Below, piece after piece: positions 27,951-37,552 of a stretch of 64,000 bases of DNA. This stretch comes from an uncultured virus (IMG/VR IMGVR_UViG_3300010429_001900). Its lineage: Duplodnaviria > Heunggongvirae > Uroviricota > Caudoviricetes. The stretch lies in the IMG/VR virus record IMGVR_UViG_3300010429_001900; one strand, 5' to 3'. The translations under genes were made by a program, and so were the position numbers. Position 1 is the stretch's first letter, and each line of letters starts with the position of its first letter. Below the pieces are notes generated by a model. The model was not told where the DNA came from, did not search any database, and saw only the letters and a program-made list of their open reading frames with translations.

Positions 27951-28295
27951 TTACTCGGTGACCCGGTACTGGAAGCGCGGGATGACGCGCTCGTTGATCG
28001 CTCCGCCCTGGGCGCTGGTGAGCAGCGTGCTCTGGGCGTTGTCCAGCACCGCGATGACCTCGACCGGCACGTTGCACGGCACGCCGCGCGGGATCTGGTA
28101 GGCGTAGCCGTTGATGCTCACCGACACCGCCTCGTTGCCGCCGTCGCCTTCGCTGGCGTAGATCGTGATGGTCTTGCGCTCGCCGCTCAGCTGGTCGTCG
28201 CTGTTGTTGCCGACCACAACGGTGGGCTGGACGGCCTGCGCTTGTGCCGCGGGCGCGTCGTCGATACTGGTGACTTGGGAATTGCTCTTGCTCAT
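27951..28295 (-). CDS. Conserved protein downstream of capsid
   Basis: V.VSINGYAYQIPRGV...VP.EV..VL.NA...IPRF; GAGGA RBS. Confidence 0.75.
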   Translation of the reverse strand: MSKSNSQVTSIDDAPAAQAQAVQPTVVVGNNSDDQLSGERKTITIYASEGDGGNEAVSVSINGYAYQIPRGVPCNVPVEVIAVLDNAQSTLLTSAQGGAINERVIPRFQYRVTE

Positions 28296-28335
28296 GGGGT
28301 TCCTCACAGAAGAAAACGCCCTCGCGATGGAGGGC

Positions 28336-28370
28336 AAAGAAAAGGCCTGCCAGGCGAACCCGGCAGGCCC
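28336..28370 (-). terminator. Rho-independent terminator after MCP
   Basis: GGCCTGCC/GGCAGGCC stem followed by TTTTCTTT on the minus strand. Confidence 0.75.
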
Positions 28371-28386
28371 TCAGCTCACCTACCGA

Positions 28387-29364
28387 TTACGCGGTGGCGG
28401 CGACTTCCCCGCGGACCATGAACAGGTCGTTGAGGATCACGGCGGTCTGCATCGCCTTCCACGCGACGTGGCCGCGCTGGGCCAGCGGGTCGCTGTCCGA
28501 CGGCTTCGGGTTCACGACCATCGGCGTGACCGCGAACATGCCCTTCAGTGCCACGATGCCGTAGGCGTCGCGTGCGACGTACAGCACCGGGTACACGTCG
28601 GCATTGGTGCCGGCCGTCGACAGCATCGTGCCCTTCGCGCCGCCGCCATCCGCCCACGGCTCGAACACCGTGCTCGTGACGTAGCGCACGTCCTCGACCT
28701 TGCCCAGCTCGTTCTCCCAGGGGGTGATCGAGCCGTACTTCTCGGCCGGGGTGAAGCCCGTCATCGAGCGCACGTCACCTTCGCAGTCCGGGTGGATCAG
28801 CGCGACGTAGCCGGGGGCCACGTTCTCGGTGCCGTAGCTCGGGGTCGAGCGCACGATCGAGGTGATGAAGCGCGCGTTCTGGCGCTTCAGCGCACGGGTG
28901 GCGCGCCGCTGCAGCGTGATGCTGATCGGCGTGTTCACCGCGGTACGCACGGCGCCGTTGGCGTACTGCACGTTGGTGCCCGCCTTCAGGATGCCGAAGC
29001 GCATCTTCTCGATCATCTGCGCGGCCTGCTCGCCGCACAGCGCGATGGCCTCGTTGAGCACCGGATCCTCGTGCGTGTCCAGGATCACGTCGGTGATCAT
29101 GGTGCGGTCGCCGTACTGCGACAGCGTGGCCGTCACGTCGGTCGCCGCCAGGGTCTGGCCGGCCGGCGTCACGCCTTCGGTCAGCGCCACGGGCGTGGTC
29201 GGCAGCGCGCTGTAGCGCCGGAACTTGATCACCTTGGACGAGTGATCCGGCAGGGTCTTGGCCTGGCCGAACTTTTCGATCACCAGGAAGGGCAGGCCGC
29301 GCTTGAGCAGCTCCTTCTCGGCATACGCCGCGGTACGCGGGCTGATATCACCGTAGACAGTCAT
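28387..29364 (-). CDS. Major capsid protein, N4-gp56 family
   Basis: MTVYGDISPRTAAYA..EKFGQ..KFRRY..LTEGVTP..QYG..THEDPVL..DPLAQRG; AAGGA RBS. Confidence 0.92.
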   Translation of the reverse strand: MTVYGDISPRTAAYAEKELLKRGLPFLVIEKFGQAKTLPDHSSKVIKFRRYSALPTTPVALTEGVTPAGQTLAATDVTATLSQYGDRTMITDVILDTHEDPVLNEAIALCGEQAAQMIEKMRFGILKAGTNVQYANGAVRTAVNTPISITLQRRATRALKRQNARFITSIVRSTPSYGTENVAPGYVALIHPDCEGDVRSMTGFTPAEKYGSITPWENELGKVEDVRYVTSTVFEPWADGGGAKGTMLSTAGTNADVYPVLYVARDAYGIVALKGMFAVTPMVVNPKPSDSDPLAQRGHVAWKAMQTAVILNDLFMVRGEVAATA

Positions 29365-29388
29365 GTCGATTTCCTTGAAAAAGCGCCG

Positions 29389-29650
29389 CGGCGGGATTGC
29401 CTTTGGCGGTCAGTCGAGGAGGCGGACTGCGCGGATGCCGTGTGCAGACAAAGGTGAACCCGCCTGGGGCGCCGTGCGGCGTGTCCCTGGGTCCGTGTCA
29501 TGCGCGACTGCGGTCGTCGTGCTCTCTCATTGGCGCCCGGTGATCTCCCCCACCGGGCAAGGGGCTGTGAGGCAGCTGGGGCCTCAAAGTGGCAGACAGA
29601 GAAACGCCCCGGCGTGCGGGGCGTCGGGCCGCAGATGCGATCTGCGGCGG
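29389..29650 (-). ncRNA. Candidate structured leader/ncRNA upstream of MCP
   Basis: At least five stems in a ~320-bp non-coding gap. Confidence 0.45.
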
Positions 29651-29688
29651 TCAGGCATGCGCCGTGTCCTTGCGGGCGGCGCGCCGGG

Positions 29689-29964
29689 TTACTTCTTCTT
29701 CTCGCCCTCGTTCCAGGCGGAGATGTACGACTCGACGCCGGCGCGTGCCGACTTCATCAGGTCGGCCAGGCGCGAGCCCTTCTTCTTCGGCGGCTCGGAG
29801 GGTGCGGCGCCGGCGGCGCTGGCCGCAGCGACCGACTCCTTCGACAGGCTGTTCTGCCCGCCGGTCGGCTTCTCGGCCGACTGCGGCGGCGCCTCACCAC
29901 TCGATGCGGCGTCGACCGCCTCGTCCATGCGGCGTTGCCGCGCTTTCAGGCCCAGCGGATCCAT
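29689..29964 (-). CDS. Small head-region protein
   Basis: MDPLGLKARQRR...; TGATG overlap with scaffold. Confidence 0.7.
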   Translation of the reverse strand: MDPLGLKARQRRMDEAVDAASSGEAPPQSAEKPTGGQNSLSKESVAAASAAGAAPSEPPKKKGSRLADLMKSARAGVESYISAWNEGEKKK

Positions 29965-31115
29965 CAGGAGAACTCCTTCCATGCGTCTTCGTAGCTCGTG
30001 GCGCCGGGCGCCGGTGTCTCGGGCAGCTTCATGCCGCTGGAGCGCACGCCCTCGGCGTCGGCCAGCTGCTGGTCGGTGTCCTGGTCGACCACCGGGCTGG
30101 CGGCCGGCTCGTCGGCTGCAGCGATCTCCTCGGCCGGCGCGCCCTGCAGGCTGGCCTTGTAGTCGCCGAGCAGCTTGATGATCTCGTCGGCACTGCCGCT
30201 GCCGGCCACGCGCATGGCCTCGGCCTGCGCGTCGCCCTCCAGGCTGTCGACGTACTGCGCGAAGCCCTCGCTGCGGCCGATCTCGTCGAAGTCGGGGTGC
30301 GCGGACGCGATGGCCGAGAAGTGCGCGCGGGCCTTGCCGTCGCGGATGTCGGCGATGATCTCGTCGACCGTGCCGCCCAGCTCGCCGATCTTCTCGGCCG
30401 CTGCGCCGGCGCCGGCCTCGCGCGCCTTGGCGGCGGCGATCACCTCGATCATGCGCACGAAGTCCTCGCCGAAGTCCTCGGCCAGCTGCTTCATGGCCTG
30501 GGTCGCGGTCATCTCGCCCGACTCGACCTGCTCGGCAGCCTGTTCGGCGCCGTCAGCCAGGGTCGTGTCGCCATTGCCTTCGGCCTGGTCGGCCACCTGC
30601 TCCAGCGCGTCAGCGGCCTGGCTCTCGGTGTTCGTGCCGTCGGTCACCGGGCCATTGGTCTCGACGGGCGCGGCGGAGGCCTCGGCATCGGCCTTGGCCT
30701 TCAGGTCGGCCTCGATCTTGCGCAGCCGGCCTTCCCAGCTCTTCAAGCGCTGGCGCTCCTTGTCCAGGTCCGCCGCCTCGACCGTCACCGCGACGGCCTG
30801 GTCGGCGCCCTCGGCCGAGCCGTTGGTCTCGCCGCCCATCTCCGCGGCATCGCGCGGCTCGCCCTCCTCGGCGCCGGGCTCGTCGCCCTGGGCTTCGGCG
30901 GCGGTCTGCTCACCGGGGCCGACAGCGGGCTCGGCTTCGGCTGCGGCGGCGATGTCCACCGGCTCCTGCGCGGCGGCCGGCTGCTCGGCGGCGGGCTCGG
31001 CGCCCAGGCCGAAGGCCTCGTCCTCGGTCGGCTCGGGGCCAGACTGCATGTCCTCGTCGAAGGCGGCGGCGTAGTCCGCCTCGGCCTGCTTGATCTGCTC
31101 GGGTTTCAGTGCCAT
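29964..31115 (-). CDS. Putative scaffolding protein
   Basis: Acidic and helical, between portal and MCP; QRLKSWEGRL, HF..I..AHPDF. Confidence 0.8.
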   Translation of the reverse strand: MALKPEQIKQAEADYAAAFDEDMQSGPEPTEDEAFGLGAEPAAEQPAAAQEPVDIAAAAEAEPAVGPGEQTAAEAQGDEPGAEEGEPRDAAEMGGETNGSAEGADQAVAVTVEAADLDKERQRLKSWEGRLRKIEADLKAKADAEASAAPVETNGPVTDGTNTESQAADALEQVADQAEGNGDTTLADGAEQAAEQVESGEMTATQAMKQLAEDFGEDFVRMIEVIAAAKAREAGAGAAAEKIGELGGTVDEIIADIRDGKARAHFSAIASAHPDFDEIGRSEGFAQYVDSLEGDAQAEAMRVAGSGSADEIIKLLGDYKASLQGAPAEEIAAADEPAASPVVDQDTDQQLADAEGVRSSGMKLPETPAPGATSYEDAWKEFS

Positions 31116-31197
31116 GTGGCTCGTTCCTTTCGTGGGCTTCCAACAAACGCCGGTCGCCCGGCTCGAACTGTCCTGGCGACGCCAGGGGTCAGAGATT

Positions 31198-31428
31198 TCA
31201 GATTCGCGGCATCGAGGCCATCGGCCCCGTGATCGCGTCCAGCAGGGCCATCACCTGGCGCAGCGCGCCCTGCTTCAGTTGCAGCTCGCCGGGCGAGATC
31301 TGCACCAGGTCGTGCATGTAGGTGGTCTTCAGTGCCGTCAGCAGGCCGACCAGGTGCGTGTGCACCTCGGTGCCGGCGTACGCGCGCAGCGCCTCGGCCC
31401 GGCCGGTGATCTGCTCCAGCACGTCCAT
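31198..31428 (-). CDS. Small protein downstream of portal
   Basis: MDVLEQI...LQLKQGALRQV, a typical post-portal small gene. Confidence 0.7.
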   Translation of the reverse strand: MDVLEQITGRAEALRAYAGTEVHTHLVGLLTALKTTYMHDLVQISPGELQLKQGALRQVMALLDAITGPMASMPRI

Positions 31429-31442
31429 GGCGGCGCCTTGGC

Positions 31443-31757
31443 TCAAGACCCGTCCTCGCCGATCAGCCGCGCGACTTGCTGCACGTCGATCTCGACGTGG
31501 TCGCCGACATCCACGCCGAAGGGCAGCCGATGGCCTGGCGCGCGCCGCGCCTTGACCAACTGCACGCCCATGCCTTGCATCATCCGCACCAGCTCGCGCA
31601 GCTGGGGCCGGCCCATCTCGCCGCTCATGCCGTGCAGCCAGACCACGCGCGGCGACTCCCAGACCGCCGTGCACACGGCCACGTAGGGCTCGAACGGCGC
31701 TGGATGCTCGACGGCGTAGAAGCGCAGGATGCTGCTCAGGATCTCGTGTCGGATCAT
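31443..31757 (-). CDS. Hypothetical protein
   Basis: 104 aa, GAGG RBS, ATGA overlap. Confidence 0.7.
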   Translation of the reverse strand: MIRHEILSSILRFYAVEHPAPFEPYVAVCTAVWESPRVVWLHGMSGEMGRPQLRELVRMMQGMGVQLVKARRAPGHRLPFGVDVGDHVEIDVQQVARLIGEDGS

Positions 31758-31924
31758 GTATCCACCTCGCAGCTCAGCTGCAGCTCCAGCTCGGTGCTGT
31801 GGTCCAGCGCCCAGGCTGCCTTGTGGCAGTCGTACTCGGTCTCGAAGCGCTCGACATGAATCGGCGGCAGGCTCGGGAACAGCGCCAGTCTCACGACCAG
31901 CACCACCGCGAGCACGGCCTGCAT
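31754..31924 (-). CDS. Small hypothetical protein with hydrophobic N-terminus
   Basis: MQAVLAVVLVV..FETEYDCHKA..SC. Confidence 0.6.
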   Translation of the reverse strand: MQAVLAVVLVVRLALFPSLPPIHVERFETEYDCHKAAWALDHSTELELQLSCEVDT

Positions 31925-31925
31925 C

Positions 31926-34217
31926 TCAGTCGACCGCCACCGTCTCGATGCCGGCGCGGCGGCCAACCATGCCGGTGGGCGCGTCCAGTCCTGCCGCGGC
32001 GTCGATGCCCTCGGGCTGCGGCGGCTCGGGCTGCACCGGCATCTCGCCAGGCTGCACCGGCGGGCCGGCCAGCTGGGCGATGCTCGGGTCCGGCGTCGCG
32101 TCCTGCCAGCCCGACGAGCGCAGGATCTCGTCGCCGGCCGGCGCGATGTGCGGCGTGCTCGTGGCCACGCCACCCGCCTGCAGCGCGGCGTACGCGGCCT
32201 CGACCTTCGTGCTCACGGCCTTGGCCACGATCAGCTCGATGTTGGCCAGGGTCTCGCGCGCCTTGGCCTGCGACGCCTCGGCATCGGCCATCAGCTTGGA
32301 GACCTTGGCCTGCGCCTCGGCCAACTGCAGCTGCTGAGCCTGCATCGCCATCTGCTGTTGCATCTGCGCCTGCTGGCTGCCCATCTCGGCCTTGACCTCT
32401 TCCTCGGTCTTGACGCAGTCGGTCAGCTCGTTGGCCTCGGCGCGCTGGCGGTTGAGCACGTCGCGCTTGATGAACGGCGCGTCCAGCTCGTTGGCCGTCA
32501 TCGCCGCGAACTCGTTCAGCGCCCGGGCCCGGACCTCCTTGGCCACCAGGCTGGCCGTGCCGCGGGCCTTCACGTCGAAGTCGCCCTTGATCGCATCGTC
32601 CGAGCTGAACTGCATGTTCCAGTGGTACAGCCCCTTGATGAAGCTGATCGTCACGCCCTCGTCCCAGTTCGAGATCAAGTCCTTGATCACGATGTTGACG
32701 TTGCCGATCAGCATCGACATGCCCGCGGCCGTGCCGGCGGCGCCGCTGGTGGCGTTCTCCCCGCTCATGTAGCGCGGGATGGCCGACACCTCGTCGGCGT
32801 TGTTCTCGAACATCTGCGCCATGGCCGACAGCTCGGGCAGCCGCGACGGCAGCTCGATGGCGTGCACCGCGCGCTGGCCCGGGCTGGCGTTGTTGCGCAG
32901 CCAGACCTTCCACGGGTTGAACTCGTCGACCTTCTCCATGCTGGTCAGCAGGCCCGGGGTCACCTCCAGCTGCGGCCCCGACGTGATCGCCGCGTTGTCC
33001 AGCATCAGCCGGGTCGACGCATTCAGCATCGTCTGGTCGTCGCGCATGATCGACGCCAGCCCCTCGGCAAAGATCGACGACTCGTCCTTGTCGAAGTAGT
33101 AGATGTGGTACGGCCAGGTCACGCCGTTGATCGGCTGCAACACCGCCTTGATGATCTGCCCGTTGGGCAGCAGCCAGACGTTGGAGAAGAAGCTCTCGTG
33201 CGCCCGCTCCTCGGGCACGTCCACGCCGGCGTCGCGCAGCTGCTGGCCGTCCAGGTAGCCCCAGCGCTCCAGCACCTCGTACTTGCCGCCCACGTCGGTC
33301 ATCGACGACTGGCGGTCTCCGATCAGGCTCAGCTCGGTGTCGGTCGTGCGCAGCTTGGCCTCGCCATGCGGGTGCGCCTTGACGTAGTCGACGATGCGCT
33401 GGCGGCGGAAGCTCCTGCGGTCGGCCAGGTCGGCCATGTCCGACTTGCTCATCATGTGCAGCTCGTACACGAAGCGGCACTGCGACAGCTCCGTCGCGCT
33501 CATGTCCGGGTACCAGCGCCACAGCGGCACGAAGTCCACGAAGGGGACCACGTAGCTCTCGGTCTGCGGCACCCACTTGCCGCCCTGCTTGATGAAGCGC
33601 GTGCGCACCTTGCGCTCGACCAGCGGGCCCTTCACGATGCCCGTGCCGTACAGGTTGCCGGAGTGGATCGCCTTCAGGCAGGTCTGCTTGTAGCGCGCCT
33701 CGACCAGCTGGTCGTCGATCACCCGACCCATGGCCTTGGAGCGCGCCTTGGCCCACTCCAGCACCGCCTGGTCGAAAGTCTGCCGCGTGATCTTCGCGCC
33801 CTGCTGAGCGGCCTTCGCCAGCAGCGCACGGATCTCCTGCATCTGGTCGCCCGACAGCGACGGCTTCGGCGTCGGCGCGATGTCCCAGTTCTTGTCCGCG
33901 CCGGCCGGGAACAGCAGGTCCGCCACGCGGCTGTTGACCGTCTTGATCTTCACGCGCGTCTTGCGCACGAAGGCCTTCGACCGGTTCGGGCCGATCGCCG
34001 CCTCGACCTCGGGGTCGTACTTGCCGCGGTACTGGCGCAAGTCCTTCAGCCAGCGCTGCTCGGTGTCGCGCCTGGCGACCTCGGCCTGGTTGAACTCGCC
34101 CAGCAGCGAATGGCCCAGCGCGTCCAGCGCCGGCGACTCAGGCTGCGCCCTGTCGTCGGCCAGCAGCACGCGCGCGGTCGCGGCGTACTCGGCGGTCTGG
34201 TCGGCGCGCGGGTTCAC
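31926..34217 (-). CDS. Portal protein
   Basis: RWLKDLRQYRGKY..SKAFVRKTRVK..YGTGIVKGP..TAAGMSML..KGDFDVKARG; follows TerL. Confidence 0.9.
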   Translation of the reverse strand: MNPRADQTAEYAATARVLLADDRAQPESPALDALGHSLLGEFNQAEVARRDTEQRWLKDLRQYRGKYDPEVEAAIGPNRSKAFVRKTRVKIKTVNSRVADLLFPAGADKNWDIAPTPKPSLSGDQMQEIRALLAKAAQQGAKITRQTFDQAVLEWAKARSKAMGRVIDDQLVEARYKQTCLKAIHSGNLYGTGIVKGPLVERKVRTRFIKQGGKWVPQTESYVVPFVDFVPLWRWYPDMSATELSQCRFVYELHMMSKSDMADLADRRSFRRQRIVDYVKAHPHGEAKLRTTDTELSLIGDRQSSMTDVGGKYEVLERWGYLDGQQLRDAGVDVPEERAHESFFSNVWLLPNGQIIKAVLQPINGVTWPYHIYYFDKDESSIFAEGLASIMRDDQTMLNASTRLMLDNAAITSGPQLEVTPGLLTSMEKVDEFNPWKVWLRNNASPGQRAVHAIELPSRLPELSAMAQMFENNADEVSAIPRYMSGENATSGAAGTAAGMSMLIGNVNIVIKDLISNWDEGVTISFIKGLYHWNMQFSSDDAIKGDFDVKARGTASLVAKEVRARALNEFAAMTANELDAPFIKRDVLNRQRAEANELTDCVKTEEEVKAEMGSQQAQMQQQMAMQAQQLQLAEAQAKVSKLMADAEASQAKARETLANIELIVAKAVSTKVEAAYAALQAGGVATSTPHIAPAGDEILRSSGWQDATPDPSIAQLAGPPVQPGEMPVQPEPPQPEGIDAAAGLDAPTGMVGRRAGIETVAVD

Positions 34218-34402
34218 GCGGCGTCGCCCTCTTCGTCTTCCTCGGCCGGCTCGTCCAGCTCGCGGTGCGCCTTGACGTACTCGTCCTCGGCGTCCTCGCC
34301 ATCCTTCGCGCCCTCGGCGGCGTCGCGCGCCTTCTTCACGGCGTCGACCAGGGGAACGTCTTCTTCCTCGTTCCAGGCGTCTTCGTAGTCGGTGTCCTGC
34401 AT
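34214..34402 (-). CDS. Small acidic protein
   Basis: MQDTDYEDAWNEEE; AAAGGA RBS. Confidence 0.7.
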   Translation of the reverse strand: MQDTDYEDAWNEEEDVPLVDAVKKARDAAEGAKDGEDAEDEYVKAHRELDEPAEEDEEGDAA

Positions 34403-34419
34403 GGCAGTTCCTTTCGTGG

Positions 34420-35955
34420 TCAGTAGCCGGCCGTCGTGGCGGGCGTGTACTTGCGTGTCGGCAGTGCGCTGGATGCGGATCCGGCGCGCAAGCCCACCGG
34501 CTCGGCGAAGGTCAGCGACAGCGCATCGCCGCCGTCTGGCGACCGGATGCCGCGCTTGAGCATGTCCTTCTTCTTCTCCAGCAGCTTGCGGCCGTTGCTC
34601 GACTCGGTCGGCTGCGGCGCGCAGAGATCGGCGATCAGGGCCGGGCTGTTGGGCATGCGGCAGGGCGCGTCCTCGACCCACTCCTTCATCGTCCACCACA
34701 TCTCGGCGCGGCGGTTCTCGTAGACATCCGGGTCGCGCGCACGCTCGGCGTTGTTGACTCCGATGGCCGGGATGTTCAGCTCCTGCAACCGGTCGACGAT
34801 GCCGGCGCCCATGCCGCCCTTGTCGATGAACATCGCGTCCGGCTGGTGCTCGCTCCAGTAGGCGGCCAGCTTGCCGGCCACCTGCATCGTGTTCAGCTTC
34901 TCGTGGTACTCGACACGCGGCACCACGCGGCCGCGACGGAAGACGATGGCCGTGCGGTCCGCCTCGCCGGCGCCGTCGCCTGCTGGGTCGCAGCCGATGA
35001 TCAGCGGTCCCGTCATGTCGCGGAAGCTGCTGTTCACCGCGGCCATCACCCTGTTCGGGCTGATCAACGGGTTCTTCGTCGGGCTCTGGAAGGCGAGCAC
35101 CGCGGTGGCCGGGTACTCCTGGTCGAAGAGCCACTCGAAGCCCTCGCCGTAGCTGGCGATCTTGTTCGCCCGCCACTGCATCTGCTCGCGGTCCAGCCCG
35201 TAGGCCAGTTGGTACTCGACGTCGTCGGTCGACAGCTCCAGATCCGGCTTGACCGCGGCGCGGTACTCGTCCTGCCAGAACCAGGGGATGAAGATGGCGA
35301 TGTACTCGCCGCTGCCCACCTCGGCCTGCTGCCACATCAGGTGGAAGGCATTGCCCAGGCCGTTGGCCGTGCTCTCCAGGATGATCTCGGTGCCCACGCC
35401 CTCCAGGCCGTCCGGGATGGTGTTGCCCAGGCCGGCCAGGTGCATCTGCGCGTTGCGCCAGAAGGCGAACTCGGAGCCGTGCAGCAGCTGCGCCGTGTTC
35501 GAGCGGCCCACGTCGTCGGTGCCCGCCGTCGCCAGCTTGTAGCCGCCGTCCAGTGCGCCGAAGATCAGCTCCTTCGCGTTGGACGCGCGCGTGGTCGGCG
35601 CCATCGGGTTGTGCGCGTGGTAGCGCTTGACCATCTCGTACAGGTTCGCCGTCGCCTTGTCCTCGTGGGCGACGATGAATGCGCTGCGGCCTGGACGCGT
35701 GCTGGTCTGGTGGTAGAAGCGGTGGCCGATGTAGGTCGACAGGCCCTGCTGCCGGCTCTTCAGCACCAGCGCCCGGACGTAGCCCAGATCAGCCCTCTGC
35801 TTCTCCAGCAACTCGTGCGCGTAACGCTGCGCGCGGTTCCAGATGAACGGGACGATCTTGCCGGTCTTGCTCTTGACCTTCGCGCAGTGGGCGGCGTGAG
35901 CTTCCTGGTTGTCGATCAGGTGCCGCAGCGACGCTTCACGACCCGTTTCGCTCAC
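34420..35955 (-). CDS. terL: Terminase large subunit
   Basis: LKSRQQGLST (Walker A-like), LHGSEFAFW, ESTANG, GCDPAG..D, SPDGGDAL. Confidence 0.93.
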   Translation of the reverse strand: MSETGREASLRHLIDNQEAHAAHCAKVKSKTGKIVPFIWNRAQRYAHELLEKQRADLGYVRALVLKSRQQGLSTYIGHRFYHQTSTRPGRSAFIVAHEDKATANLYEMVKRYHAHNPMAPTTRASNAKELIFGALDGGYKLATAGTDDVGRSNTAQLLHGSEFAFWRNAQMHLAGLGNTIPDGLEGVGTEIILESTANGLGNAFHLMWQQAEVGSGEYIAIFIPWFWQDEYRAAVKPDLELSTDDVEYQLAYGLDREQMQWRANKIASYGEGFEWLFDQEYPATAVLAFQSPTKNPLISPNRVMAAVNSSFRDMTGPLIIGCDPAGDGAGEADRTAIVFRRGRVVPRVEYHEKLNTMQVAGKLAAYWSEHQPDAMFIDKGGMGAGIVDRLQELNIPAIGVNNAERARDPDVYENRRAEMWWTMKEWVEDAPCRMPNSPALIADLCAPQPTESSNGRKLLEKKKDMLKRGIRSPDGGDALSLTFAEPVGLRAGSASSALPTRKYTPATTAGY

Positions 35956-36580
35956 GCTCGATCTTCAGCAGCAACCGGTCCAGGTCACTGCCGCCCTTGT
36001 CCTCGTCGTCGATGCCGAAGGCCTGGCGCTCCAGCTTGACCAGCTTCTCCAGGATCTCGGTCAGCTTCTTGGCCGACTCGATGCGGCCCGGCCCGGTGAG
36101 CACCCGATCCAGCATCTCGTTGATTGAGCGCGGCGGCTTCTTCGGATTGCCGTCCTTGTCCTCGCCGCCGTGCACGATCTCGGTCATCTCGCGCAACAGC
36201 TCCTGAGCGGCCGGCCACTCGGTGAACAGCTCCACCTCGGCCAGCAGCCTGCCGAACAGCGCGCGAGTGCGGCCGATGTCCTTGCGGTGCTCCAGCACCA
36301 CGTCGGCATTGACCTGGGCGGCCGCTTTGATTTCAAGCGGCGTAGGGGTTGCATTCGGGTTTGCGTTCCCGCTTGCATTCTGGATGAGCAGCGAATTCGT
36401 TACCGCGTCAACATCTTTCGACTTGTCGGCCACCCAGCCGTGGCTCTTGGCTCTGCGGCCAATGCTGCTGTGGTCGACGCCGAATTCCTCGCCGAGCTGC
36501 TTGTTGGTTTTAACGCCCAGCCGGTACTGGCGCTCAATGGCGTCCCAGTCGATGGCGTTCTCTTTGGAGCGGCGAGCCAT
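35936..36580 (-). CDS. terS: Terminase small subunit
   Basis: IDWDAIERQYRLG..HTH..AKSHGW; LERQAFGI; directly upstream of TerL. Confidence 0.85.
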   Translation of the reverse strand: MARRSKENAIDWDAIERQYRLGVKTNKQLGEEFGVDHSSIGRRAKSHGWVADKSKDVDAVTNSLLIQNASGNANPNATPTPLEIKAAAQVNADVVLEHRKDIGRTRALFGRLLAEVELFTEWPAAQELLREMTEIVHGGEDKDGNPKKPPRSINEMLDRVLTGPGRIESAKKLTEILEKLVKLERQAFGIDDEDKGGSDLDRLLLKIERERNGS

Positions 36581-37059
36581 CAGAACCCCCTGGCGGACAG
36601 CTCAGCCCGCGCCATGCCCAGGTGGTCGGCCTTGAGCCCCCACGGGAGCGGGACAACGCCCGCTTGTTCGCACGCCATCTCGATGCGCGCATCCTGCTCG
36701 GCGCTCCCCGTGGATGTCCACAGGAGGGCGCGGCGAATCTCCTTCAGCCTGGCGCGAGCCATGCCCAGCTGGATGGCGTAGTAGCCGACCTGCCCGATGC
36801 CGGCCAGGACGCTGCGCGCTCCGGCGTCGCCATCCTTGACCTCGATCACCGAGGCCGCCCCATCGGCGTGGAACGCCACGATGTCGGCCTGACCGTGCGG
36901 CAGGTTCACCCAGTACACCACGGTGTCGACGACAGGGTCGATCGGCAGACGATCCTCGCCCAGCGCGCCGGCTGCAGCCAGGCTCTGGAAGAGCATGACG
37001 ATGGCTCGCTCGTCGTTGCGCTCGGCAGCACCGGCCAGCAGGTCGAAGGCCAGGTTCAT
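36580..37059 (-). CDS. PD-(D/E)xK nuclease-like protein
   Basis: ADIV...VIEVK...IGQVGYY motif. Confidence 0.65.
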   Translation of the reverse strand: MNLAFDLLAGAAERNDERAIVMLFQSLAAAGALGEDRLPIDPVVDTVVYWVNLPHGQADIVAFHADGAASVIEVKDGDAGARSVLAGIGQVGYYAIQLGMARARLKEIRRALLWTSTGSAEQDARIEMACEQAGVVPLPWGLKADHLGMARAELSARGF

Positions 37060-37265
37060 CGCGCACCCCACTGGTGAGGCATGCCCTTGAGCGCACCCGA
37101 CCGCGCTTGCGGACTCACGTACGTGGTCGTGACCCCTTTGGAGCGCACGATGGTGATGCCGAGCCAGCGGCCGATCTCCATCGGGTACGGCTCCCCGGCG
37201 CTCACTGACCTCTGCGCGCAGCTGCCGCCATTGCGGCACGCCCCAGTGCAGGAGCAGCCGCTCAT
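37056..37265 (-). CDS. Small Cys-containing hypothetical protein
   Basis: MSGCSCTGACRNGGSC; ATGA overlaps at both ends. Confidence 0.55.
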   Translation of the reverse strand: MSGCSCTGACRNGGSCAQRSVSAGEPYPMEIGRWLGITIVRSKGVTTTYVSPQARSGALKGMPHQWGAR

Positions 37266-37318
37266 CGCGCGTCGCCCTCGACCAGATCCCAGTCGACGAC
37301 CCTCTTCTCCGTCGTCAT
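37262..37318 (-). pseudogene. 18-codon remnant resembling a TerS N-terminus
   Basis: GAGG RBS; MTTEKRVVDWDLVEGDAR vs TerS KENAIDWDAIERQYR. Confidence 0.4.
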
Positions 37319-37321
37319 CTG

Positions 37322-37552
37322 CTACCTCAGCTCAGGCGGATGCTGCCGGCGCGCACGCTCGTGCATGAAAGCCCGCTCGCAGTGCCCGGCGCCGAAGACC
37401 GCGTCCACGGCCTGGCGCAGCGTGCCGCCCGTCTCGCTGCCCTGTAGCTCCAGGCGATACAGACGGCTCGACGTGCTCTCGTCCGGCCACCCTCCGCACA
37501 GCGCGTTCAGCAGCTGCGTCAGGGCGATGCCCACTGCCTTCCACCAGCTCAC
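37322..37552 (-). CDS. Small conserved phage lysis-region protein
   Basis: IALTQLLNALCGGWPDESTSSR..HCERAF..E. Confidence 0.75.
   Translation of the reverse strand: MSWWKAVGIALTQLLNALCGGWPDESTSSRLYRLELQGSETGGTLRQAVDAVFGAGHCERAFMHERARRQHPPELR

Noticed and set aside
29365..29688. tRNA in structured gaps (also 39305-39580 and 59679-59857)
   Set aside because: No T-loop/D-loop cloverleaf pattern found
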